In this document: positions 24,061 through 35,308 of the stretch, piece after piece | Layout: each line of letters starts with the position of its first letter | How positions within the stretch are numbered: position 1 is the first letter of the stretch | Source of the DNA: Zancudomyces culisetae HAW-14-8 | Taxonomy: Eukaryota > Fungi > Kickxellomycota | Assembly (NCBI GenBank): GCA_052426225.1 | Contig: JBNJNM010000010.1 | Location: 1 to 64,000, forward strand | Reading direction: 5' to 3' | DNA length: 64,000 bases | The notes under the pieces: model-generated | Databases searched by the model: none | What the model was told of the DNA's origin: nothing | Seen by the model: the letters and a program-made list of their open reading frames with translations, nothing else | Position numbers and translations under genes: made by a program

Positions 24061-25878
24061 GCTAAACGGTTTTATCGCCACTAGTTTAACAATTTCTTAA
24101 TTCTGTTTGTTAAAATTATTTGCTTGCTTTTATAGTGAATCTACAAACAAAGTTTTGTTACAGGCGGCTAGCTTTTGATCCAGTTTAACTGTTTAGTGTT
24201 GTCGAACTCACTAATAGCAGTTTCTTGATTATTTTTTCTTTATTTTTTAAAGTATTAAAGCAATGAATATCTATTCAGAATGAGAAATTTAATAGAGTAT
24301 TGATTGGTTGTTGTTTATTATCAGGCAATAATCTACCCAAGCAGTTTGAATGGTCTTTTATGGTTATTTTCATCTCAACTTGCTGGAAGAAAAAGGAAAC
24401 TTGAGCACATAATCTTCATTTTAGAATAACCATTAGGAGAAAAAAAAGATGTAAACCTTGGTGTGACTTTAAACCCAATAGAGATGAGTGGTGAGTCAGT
24501 ACTTTTTTTTTACAAGTTGGCGGAGATTTAGCAGGATTGGTGACAATTGTACCCTTGTAGACTTGGGTAGAAAAATATCTATACAACCCTTTGGTATTTG
24601 CGGGTATCTATTCTAAAATCGAGATATTTAACCAGATATTGGCATTTAATTTTTCGGATATTAGATATCTAGCTTTTATTCACCAGATGTGGATATTTGT
24701 AATGATACTATGGCATTCTTTCCGAATAATAGATTTCATTATATGATTTAAATACAAAACTAAGGAAAGCCTATTTTCACAACAATTTAATTAAAACATG
24801 TGTATTATTGCTGACTAAATGATAAACTGCTTGAATGTCATCATCTTTAGATTTATTAACTTGGTTTACTTTTTTTTATCAATAGAACTAAATGTGTATT
24901 GATTCTAAAAAATCACAGAACAAAAGTTGATACTCAAGTAGGTTCCTTGAATATATTGACCCATAGAGTGATATTTTGTCCGTACTTGTAAACAAATATC
25001 ACTTTGTTAATTATCCGATCATTGAGAGACCTAACTCATTTATTTGTACCCTATACTCTGCTATCAGCGGTATTCCTGTTCAAAGCATTTATACTTCATG
25101 CACATGTTAGTAACTAGTTTTTTATAGCAACAAGATGGAGATTAATGTACACTTACAAACTATAAAATCCCAATATTTAGAAAAACTAGAATGTTCTAGT
25201 TATTCTTCTGACTTGAAATAAAGAGTATAATTTTTCTGTTGTTTTCTATTCGGACCTAAAAAGAATATAACTTTATATGTCAATGAATATTCGAATTACT
25301 CCTACCTATTAATTTCCAAAACTTCTAAAAAGTCGGAACCTTATTTTTAGCGCGAACCCGTGATAAATACCAATTAAACTAGAATTTAACCAACCGTTCA
25401 AAATTCTAGCCAATAGTATTGTCAAGATTAAGATAGCCGGAAAGAATTACCCAAAAAACGAAATCAACAGATAAATCAGATAGACTATAATTTGCGCATT
25501 TTTTTTTCACAAGCAAATTGAACATTTAGATTTAAATAAACTGAAAACCGGTTGAATGTATTTCGGAATTGCGGATTGCCTATAAACTATAGACTATTTT
25601 TTTTGCAAATGATTAATAACTAAGTTTATATTACTAAAGAGGTTGATAATCTTTATTCTCATAAAACATTTATAAATATAAATGTTGGGGAGCAGATATT
25701 GAGATTATAATTTAAATTCTTTTCTTGGTTTTATTTGAACTAGATATATAAAGAGGATATTACACAGTAAAGGTGAGAATAACGCGAAATTCCAGTAAAG
25801 GGAATGGAAAAAAAAAGATCAAAGTGCAAATAATACATAAAAAATACTGCTGATACCCCACCAAGAATAAAAGTAGTT

Positions 25879-27606
25879 ATGAACTCTTCAAGTAACTCAA
25901 AAGTAGACATCACTTCATCGGCTTTTGAAGCCGAAAGGGCTAAGGGCGAGGTTAATTTAGATAGAGACATTGTTAAAGGCGGTTCTGAGGTGCGTGTGAG
26001 CATACACAATGATGAAAACACCAGTATAGATAGTGTAAACCTGGAATCGAATGCCGAAAAGGGCGATGCGACAAAAATCTTAAACGAAAAGCCACAGCTA
26101 TCAAAAAAAAACTTTTATCTAGCAATAGTGGGTCTGAGTGCTGGATATTTTTTGGTCTCACTTAACAGTACTGTGGTTTCGACAGCTCTTCCTACAATAG
26201 CAACAAACCTACATGCATTTTCAATGATATCATGGGTGGCTACTTCATTTTTGTTGACATCAACCGTTTTCCAGCCAATATACTGCAAACTAGCCGAGAT
26301 CTTTGAAAAGAGGATAATGCTACTTATAGGAACATTTATTTTTGAAGTAGGTTGTTTATTATGTGGATTGTCAACTAGCATTGGGATGCTGATAATAGCA
26401 AGATTTATAGCGGGATTTGGTGCTGCAGGTCTATTATCATTGGTAATCTTGAGTATCTCTGATTTGGTTCCGCTTAGAGAAAGAGGGAAGTATGTAGGAA
26501 TTAACGGTGCGTTGTATGCGTTGAGCAGTGTCATTGGACCATTGGTAGGTGGCGTTTTTACTGACCATCTATCCTGGAGATGGTGTTTTTACATCAATCT
26601 TCCTCTGGGGGCAATTGCATTTGTAATCATGATTTTCGTTTTACCGTTTCGAATGCCAAAGGGTAATTTAAAGGAAAAGTTGAAAAGGATAGACTTTTTT
26701 GGTGCGATTATTTTCATGGGGGGATTTTTGTTGTTTCTTTTGGGATTGAATTTTGGAGGTAATAGATATCCCTGGAAGTCAGCAGCCATAATCGGATTGT
26801 TTGTGGGAGGAGCAGCACTGTTGGCGGTCTTTGTGTTTGTGGAAATGAAGATAGCCAGGGATCCTATAATTCCTATGGAAATATTTAAGATAAGAAACGT
26901 GGTATGCACACTTGTCGGGCAGTTTTGTATTGGAGTTGGAATGCTTACCTTGATTTATTATGCTCCAGTGTATTACCACTTGATTTACAATGGAACTGCG
27001 ATTAACCAAGGCCTGTTTCTGTTACCGGCGCTAATTGGTATGGTTATACTTTCAATCGGAAGTGGCTACGTAATCTCTATCACTGGTATATATAGGCCAA
27101 TTTTTTGGATCGGGTCTGCAGTTTTTGCTGTGGGAATGGGGATGCTTGGAACAATGAATCAAAATACAAGTAGCGGTTTAAAAATTCTCTATTTGGCTCT
27201 CAGTGGAGTAGGCATGGGAAGCTGTTTACAATCGATGCTGGTTGTTGCACAAGCTTCTGTTCCAAAAAACCTTGTATTTATTACAACGACAATTGTGCAG
27301 TTTATGCGTGTCATAGGGGGTGCATTTGGAATTGCTATCGTGGCGACTGTGTTCAACACAGTTTTATCAAAAAGACTTGCTGAAACTGCTTTGACATACC
27401 CCGAATACGCTGAACTTATAAAGAGCGTTTCAGATAATTCTTCTCTTGCTTGGGCTCCCGATGTTCCTCCGGAGCTGCACAATCTTATCATTTCTAACTT
27501 TACAAAGGCAATCAATTCTGTGTTTTACACAACTGTTCCATTCTTGGTTATTGCGTTTATCTTCACTCTTGGGATAAAACATGTAAATCTCGGTGGGAAA
27601 AAATGA
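25879..27606 (+). CDS. MFS drug:H+ antiporter, DHA2 (14-TMS) family
   Basis: Intronless 575 aa. STALPTIA, WVATSFLL, LIIARFIAGFG, GPLVGG, SWRWCFYINLPLG and D.LG-type motifs, many hydrophobic segments. Confidence 0.93.
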   Translation: MNSSSNSKVDITSSAFEAERAKGEVNLDRDIVKGGSEVRVSIHNDENTSIDSVNLESNAEKGDATKILNEKPQLSKKNFYLAIVGLSAGYFLVSLNSTVVSTALPTIATNLHAFSMISWVATSFLLTSTVFQPIYCKLAEIFEKRIMLLIGTFIFEVGCLLCGLSTSIGMLIIARFIAGFGAAGLLSLVILSISDLVPLRERGKYVGINGALYALSSVIGPLVGGVFTDHLSWRWCFYINLPLGAIAFVIMIFVLPFRMPKGNLKEKLKRIDFFGAIIFMGGFLLFLLGLNFGGNRYPWKSAAIIGLFVGGAALLAVFVFVEMKIARDPIIPMEIFKIRNVVCTLVGQFCIGVGMLTLIYYAPVYYHLIYNGTAINQGLFLLPALIGMVILSIGSGYVISITGIYRPIFWIGSAVFAVGMGMLGTMNQNTSSGLKILYLALSGVGMGSCLQSMLVVAQASVPKNLVFITTTIVQFMRVIGGAFGIAIVATVFNTVLSKRLAETALTYPEYAELIKSVSDNSSLAWAPDVPPELHNLIISNFTKAINSVFYTTVPFLVIAFIFTLGIKHVNLGGKK

Positions 27607-28269
27607 TACAGATTAATATTCAAAACTATATAGCATCACTTTTCACATTCTTCTGATGTTTTTCCACTTTCACCATTGATTAGAACCATAGACTTGTGTT
27701 GATTTATTCTAGATATAAGCTTTACTTACATATAATGATGTACATTTATACTATACCCTTAACCTTTATGTTTATTTTTTACATCCATGCCAAGTTTATT
27801 AGAAAAATTGTATGTTGGACCTGAGTCAGCCTATTAAACTCACTTTTTATCCTTGTTCGTAGATACTAGAGAGTATGAATTAGTGAAGATAATAGAGGCT
27901 GACTGATATTTGTCATTTCTCTGCCTCTTTGGTATTTCTGCCTTAATTTTGGTTTATTTTTAATTATATTTTCTTTGAATCCATGTTTGTTTTTTTTGAC
28001 AATTCATTCACTATTACCAAGTAACACCATAATGAGCATGTTCAGGTAATTATACATTTGCTGATGAAATAGAAGTGGTACTTCCATCTCCCTTGTCAGC
28101 GAAGTTTAGGATGAAGGTATGCCACATTTAATATATTCTCAGTCAAAATCGTCTGCAATAGACCACATTCTCCAAGTTTGCAATATTTTTGTTTAGTGTC
28201 TTTGTAATCATGAATTAGAAATGCTCAATTTTAAACTCAGAATGCCACTGTCTCATTGGTAAAATAAAA

Positions 28270-28318
28270 AAGAAAACTAAAAAGAAAAAGAAAAAGGAAA
28301 AGGAAAAGGAAAAGGAAA
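28270..28318 (+). repeat. (AAAAGG/AAAAAG)n microsatellite in the YIP gene 3' region
   Basis: Direct reading of hexamer repeats. Confidence 0.7.
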
Positions 28319-28347
28319 TACACCAAGTAAACTGCTATAGCATCAGA

Positions 28348-29541
28348 CTACATTGTAATTATCCATCCAATTATAGTGTAAAAAAGAACTATTGGATATA
28401 ACGCCAAGGGTTTCCTGCTTAGTGCAATAGACCCCGATAAAAATCCCGACGAGGCTACACGGTACAATAATTACCATAAATTTATATAGCATTAATTCGA
28501 TAGTAGAAATAACAGTGAATAAAAAGCGAAATGACTTTTACCATAAATTGACCATGCTACGCTTGCGATTACAAGTATGACAGTGATGATATTTTTAGAT
28601 AACAGCAATACCAACAACGATGATATAACCAGAGGAAATACACAGTATCCAAGCGTACAGACACTTTGAAAAAACGATCTATGTCAAAAGGATAGCCAGG
28701 TTGTGAATTTATAACTCTTGTTACACTGAAAATTAAAAGGTTAAACTGTTAGTAATGAGCAAATAAAAATATATGCTTACACATGGCCTCCCAAAAGTCT
28801 CCCGTTTAGAGTAACTAGAGAAGAACCGATAGTCACAAGCAAAAATACTTCAGTGAACACATAAGAAGACTGTTTCTGGGGTGATAGAAGATTCAGAAAT
28901 CTATATTTGAGAAAGTGAATTTTTGTAAAGATGCATATTTTTATCCCACTATTAGTCTATCTATGCTTACATTGATAATAAAGAGGTGAATATAAGTGGA
29001 CCCCATAAATCCCCTATTTGATTTGGTTAGCTCAAAATTAAACCCTGGGTTCATAAATTATAAACTGTTACAATGTTGGCAGAACGATAATATACAAAAA
29101 AAACAAATCTGAGTATCAAAAGTGACTTACATTCTTTCAAAACATTGTTGTTTGTCCGTGGTAGCAGTACCTGTTTTGTTTTTTTAGCTACTAGATGCAA
29201 ATCTCTTGCCTATTGAATTAATGTTATAGTAAAGCATCTTTATTCAAATGTTCTATTCGAGTATTCTTTTGTCATATATCCATGTTTGGAAAAGCACACT
29301 TTACTAAGTGCAAAAAAAATCAAAATCCACTTACTAAGGAGGTATATACAGATTCATCGAGTGTGTTCAAGTCATGACCACCTGGTAAGTTGCCGGAGGA
29401 CCCAGCCGCACCTAGATTTGCACTAGTCGAAAGTGGTTTTCCGATCCTTCCACTCAGTACTGCATTCGAGTAAGACTGAGAAGTATTTTCCGCTGGTGTT
29501 GGGTCCGTGATTCCGAAATCGTCCAAGCTATCTCGTTCCAT
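28348..29541 (-). CDS. YIP4: Yip1-domain Golgi membrane protein, YIP4/YIPF6-like (6 exons)
   Basis: Exons 29541-29335, 29209-29131, 29013-28971, 28900-28781, 28678-28542, 28454-28348 with GT-AG introns. The splice product has [45 protein letters not shown] and RKPLALYPIVLFY. Confidence 0.88.
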
Positions 29542-30538
29542 TTTTAATTTGAATTTTTATTAATAAAATTCAATGCTGCTTTTTCAACTTTGCAAGCTTT
29601 GAAGGATTTCAAGTTGTCTAAACGGCAACTACTCATTGGCTATGAATTACTTTGAATTTATTGTATTCTTTTTTCAAAATTAGTCCCATGCAGAAAACGC
29701 TTTAATCTATGGCTTTCCAGAAGCGAAAAAAAAAAAGTTGCTATTTCAAAGCTGAGAATGTAAATTGTCAAATGGTTCTGCTTTTCCCAAAACTACAGGG
29801 TTTAATTTTTTTTTTGTTAGATGAATTTATTATATAAATATCAAATTACAGGGCTTAATACAAAAAGGCAGAATGAAAGGCTGCAAAGACTGTGTACCAA
29901 AGACAATTTAAAAAAGCTAAACTACACACTCTACCCAGATGATAATACTATATTATAAGATGAACCTGACACCTTAGTATATTATATTCTAGTATGTTCG
30001 CATAATCAAACTAAACATACGTATATACGTATGTATATGTAAAACGAGCAACTCCCCATGCCTGTTTAAGATTCTAAAAGGCTGTTAATCTTTAATAATC
30101 ATGGCAATACCAAATCCTATATTTTTGGTATACCTACACTCCGCTTTTTGAAAAGTATATCTTCTATTTACACCACTAAGCTTGGATTGGGCCATTAAAG
30201 ACTAGCTTTAGGTGTCACAAAAGCGGCTCTACACCCACGCTTAGTAAAAAGTTGAACATATCTTAACCCACCACATTTTTAATTACATTTCATCCCACCC
30301 ATAATTTTCTACCGTTATTAGAAGGCTTAGGATAGTGACACAACCTGACTATAATCCACTACTGTTTTATTATTACTGTTACATTTTCCTACTAAATAAC
30401 TCGCATATTGTAATATGTTATGCATAATATTAGTCTGCGTCAAGGAGCAGTGGCAAAACAAGACAAAACAAAAAATATATATAATATAATATAACATAAG
30501 AAGAAGCAAGAACGTGATGATATCAACTACATATCGAG

Positions 30539-30727
30539 CTAAGATTTCTTGCTTGCTGGATTTGCATCACTGCTCTTCCAGTTTGCAGCAGCAAGCTTGA
30601 ATGCCTCTTTGTGGTTTACTCCTGGATTACTTGCTTTGACCTTTGTTAACTCCTTTTTCATAAAAATGTTATATGGGGAGAGCTTTCGTGTTGTGCCCGC
30701 CTTCTTTACTACCTTGTTTCTTGCCAT
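30539..30727 (-). CDS. Small basic YABBY/HMG-box-like DNA-binding protein (62 aa)
   Basis: LSPYNIFMKKELTKVKASNPGVNHKEAFKLAAANW matches the YABBY-type helix-loop-helix (SAYN.F.K.E..R.KA.NP...H.EAF..AA.NW). TATA near 30868-30874 (minus). Confidence 0.85.
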   Translation of the reverse strand: MARNKVVKKAGTTRKLSPYNIFMKKELTKVKASNPGVNHKEAFKLAAANWKSSDANPASKKS

Positions 30728-32042
30728 TTTCCTTTATGAATTTTGCTGCCAAGATGCTACGTTGTTTATTAACCTGTCAAACACTCCTTATTTTAAAATT
30801 TTAAAATAATAATAAAAAAAAGATACGAAATGTTTTTTTATTTCGTTCTAAACTCCGCCCTTAGCCTATTTATACACAACCAAAAGATAAATAGCTATCT
30901 TCTTTTTATTATAGTGGCGAATTTATTATAGCATCTTTGGTTTAGTCTAAAGTCAAATTAGCCAAAAGGGTATGCTGGAAATAAAATATTTCAGAAAGCG
31001 TCACGCTTTTCAACCCCCTACTTGCAATTCAGTTTCGATTTTTTCTTGTTTTCATTTTGATTCTGTTTTTTGAAAAATTAACGCATTGGGCTACCACGAG
31101 ATTCAGGCAAAACAAAATGAAATAAATTCAAAATGGTAAATCAATTAAATTATTGCTGATTCTGAAAATTTTCAGGTTTTGCTGAGCAATACCAGGAATG
31201 CACTATTCACCATCAAAAAGTATTCATTTTAAATGAGTTTTGGTGAAGGCTTACATGCTTGAGTGGAAAATTTTGGAATATCTACACTCTGAAAATCGAG
31301 TTTGCAGCTCTAAACCCTCGCGAAAAATCTAGATAGAACGCGACAATTCAAAATTTCCAATTTATTAACCAAATGGCATTCTCGGACAACCCGTTTAGAA
31401 TTTTTTTACCATCCATCGTACATTCGCTTTTAAATACTCCATTATCATTTATTCCTAACTTAGGTAGCACGGTCTGAATTAAATACAACTGGTTGTTCAT
31501 CCAATAGAAACTTTTATTTCCTTTTCCAAAAACTTTCTTTTTTCGTTTTGCTCCTCAGTTTGCTTTTGTTTGCGCACTTGGGTTTGTTAATATTTAATGG
31601 TTTTAGACAGTTGAAAAGACAAGTATTTGAAGGTGAGTATAAATATCACTTGAAAATATTGCATAATATGCAATTTAGGATAGGCTAAAACAAAAATTAA
31701 AAATATTTAATGTTGTATTGGCAATATTTGGTACAGGGGTTTAGATGCAAAGATCACTATTACATTAGATGTGCTGATTATATTTAAAATTCCTTGACAG
31801 AAAGTTAGCAATCGACTCCTATGCATATTATCTGATTCACTGCTATTACTCAATAGGACTCTTAAATATGCTTTATGTAGGCAAATCCTCCAAAATGTTG
31901 ATATTCAACCCCCCTCCCCATATACTTCCTTTTTTAAAATGCTTTTAGTCAACAATGCATATATCCTGTGTCTTCACATATAACACCTCACCCCTTTCCA
32001 CCATCTTATCTTGTACTAAATATATATCAATCCCATTTACAT

Positions 32043-32285
32043 CATTTTTTCTACTTAACAAGTAAATGTCAGCAAATACTGTTAGCCAATGAAATTCGAT
32101 AGTAGATAAAAAATGCAACTAACTACATAAGCTTGTCTGCACATGGCCATTTCCTTAGCTAAGAACCATAGTGAAGTAATAATAGTGGCAGTACCAAAAA
32201 ATTTAAAGAGGCCCAGTAACCAGCTAATAGTATCCTTGTACAGATGACCCCTTTTTTCACTAGCGCCAAAAGGTTGTCCGCCCAA
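32043..32285 (-). CDS. Possible 3' exons of a small single-pass membrane protein, divergent from VMA2
   Basis: Open frame after a CAG acceptor with a hydrophobic stretch (WLLGLFKFFGTATIITSLWFLA), a GTTAGT donor and a CTAAC/CTGAC...TAG acceptor. First exon not established. Confidence 0.25.
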
Positions 32286-32586
32286 CTGAGGTTTTTGTAG
32301 TACTCACACTTATGGGAAGCAAAGTTAGATGATAAAAACACTTTGAAATGATGCTTGACCAATCACAGATGCTTTATGGCGGAATTTAAGCTTTGGTAAC
32401 AATGACGAATAATAGCTAGTACATAGAAACAAAATGACTTTTCCACTAGTTTCAACAAATCAAATCCGCGAAATAAATGGTGGTGCATTTCTGGAAAAAA
32501 CATTTTTAGCCCTTGAATAAAAGTATATACCGGACAACGAAAAAAAAATAGTAGAAAAACTTGAATTTAGGGAAAGTATATATACG

Positions 32587-34733
32587 ATGGATTTGGATGA
32601 TAAAAAGTTATTTGAAATCAACGCAGCAGCCGCCCTCAATGCCTCTTCATTGAATAGTAGCAGGAATGTGGAGCCCAAAATAAGCAAGTTTCAGCATTCA
32701 TTCAAAATTTAGTCGTCATTCTTCTATGTACTGCAATTTACTTTCATTTACCCACAATATAACTTTAATGACAAAAAACTAAAACTATTAGATTACCGGA
32801 CAATTAGTGGAGTAAATGGACCACTAGTGATAATGGATAATGTGAAGGTATGCTTTATTTTCGATATTTGCGATTCTTTTTGTCAATTTTAAATTTCAAA
32901 AACCGAACAATGATGAGTAGTTATAGCCGATTTTTTTTTTTTTATCAAAAATAATGTACCAATTTCGATTTTCAAAGCTGAAATTCGATGAAGGAGCACC
33001 TTATTATTGTTAACAATTGAGAGGATGATTGTGTAATTTCTACCAGCTGATGTTCAACATAATACTAATCTTAAACAACAAATGTTTAAAATTATGTAGA
33101 ACGCAAGATATTCGGAAATTGTGAATCTTACATTATCAGATGGCACTAAAAGATCTGGTCAGATTCTTGAAGTGCGAGGAAAGCGCGCGATTGTACAGGT
33201 ATTTGAAGGGACTTCGGGGATAGACATAAAGGCATCTAGAGTAGAATTTACGGGGGATACAATGAAAATTGCGGTTTCCGAAGATATGCTTGGAAGAATC
33301 TTTAACGGATCAGGAAAGCCAATTGATAATGGGCCACCAGTATTTGCTGAGGATTATCTGGACATCAATGGTAGGAAGCCTTTATTTAAAAAAAAATAAA
33401 AAATTAATACATACTTTATTTTCAACTTACTTTCTCGCATTTTAGTAAGAAAAGAACACGTTATATTTAACTGGAAAAAAAATCTAGTAAAGATGAAGGA
33501 CACAAGATAAAAGAAGATAAAACTAATAATATGACCGGTTTTTGTTTAATAGGTACGCCTATAAATCCATCTTCCAGAATTTATCCCGAAGAAATGATTC
33601 AGACGGGGATATCATCGATTGATGTTATGAATTCTATTGCGAGAGGACAAAAGATTCCTATTTTTTCTGCAGCAGGACTTCCACACAATGAAATTGCAGC
33701 ACAAATTGTAAGACAGGCTGGTTTAGTCAAGCAAAGTATCAACAAGGGTGTCCATGATTCACATGAAGATAACTTTGCTGTTGTATTTGCAGCTATGGGT
33801 GCAAATATGGAAACTGCAAGGTTTTTTAAACGTGACTTTGAGCAAAATGGCTCTTTGGAACGTGTGACTCTGTTTTTGAATTTGGCTAATGATCCCACGT
33901 AAGTTTCTATCAACTGTTTTATTTTTATTTTTGCTTATTCCTTCCTTTATTCTGACTTTCTGCTTCTTCTCGCGCCTACTAATAGAATCGAGAGGATTAT
34001 TACACCAAGAATCGCCCTGACAACTGCCGAGTATTACGCCTATCAATTAGAAAAACACGTTTTAGTTGTGCTGACAGACATGAGTTCATATGCCGACGCG
34101 CTTAGAGAAGTTTCGGCCGCACGCGAAGAGGTTCCTGGACGTCGTGGATATCCCGGTTATATGTATACAGATTTGTCGACCATTTACGAACGTGCTGGTC
34201 GTGTTAGTGGCAGAAACGGTTCAATTACACAAATTCCGATTCTAACTATGCCAAACGATGATATTACTCATCCCATCCCCGATTTGACTGGTTATATTAC
34301 CGAGGGTCAGATATACGTTGATCGCCAACTCCACAATCGCCAGATTTTCCCTCCGATAAATGTTCTTCCATCCCTGTCTCGTCTTATGAAGTCCGCTATT
34401 GGTGAGGGTCGCACCCGAAGGGACCACGGCGATGTTTCTAATCAGTTATATGCTAAATACGCTATTGGTCGTGACGCCGCTGCAATGAAAGCCGTAGTTG
34501 GTGAAGAAGCTCTGACTCATGAGGACAAGCTGTCTCTTGAATTTCTAGAAAAGTTTGAAAAAATGTTTATTTCCCAAGGTCCTTACGAAAACAGGTCTAT
34601 TATCGACAGTCTTGATCTTGCCTGGTCCCTTCTGCGTATTTTCCCTAAGGAAATGCTCAACAGAATCCCCCAAAACGTTCTTTCAGAATTCTATTCTAGA
34701 GGTTCTTCATTTGTCAATGAATTTCCTTCATAA
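32587..34733 (+). CDS. VMA2: V-type H+-ATPase subunit B (5 exons)
   Basis: Exons 32587-32683, 32792-32847, 33100-33370, 33553-33898, 33986-34733. Contains [61 protein letters not shown] and [19 protein letters not shown]. Confidence 0.97.
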
Positions 34734-35308
34734 ACCAGCTTTTTTCATTTTATTTTACCATACTATGTTATCATAAGTATCTGTGATATTTGCCACCTTA
34801 CTCCTGGCATACAGCTTTTTGGTTACACCTTTTTTTTTTCTTTTCTACGTTTTATTATAATCTTCAGGCGTCAACATAAACTGTTTTTTACCAATACTAA
34901 AAGGAGTTGTGAGAGTGCTACCTTTCTAAAATTCTACTCGCCATAGCACCATTCCTCTTTACTAATTTACCTTTTCCTTGTCAAACATCCATGTATCTTC
35001 AAACCGCTATATATTTGTTCATCTACTCGTGCTTGTGGTCATCATTGCACTATTACCACATCGCTTACTACTTCTCTCACTCGCTCCTTCATTGTAAATA
35101 TATGCTCTTTTTTTTCCTTTCTTTAATTACTTTATTTTGTTGATAATGTTAATTATCTACTATAACCAAAAAAAAAACAAACTATCATTGATAATATGCC
35201 AGGTGTTAGTAACAAAACACTAGCACTGGTGATAAAAGAGTGCATATTACAAGTAATCAAGTCAAAAATAAATTCATATGGTAAAACACCATGCCACATT
35301 AAATCACA

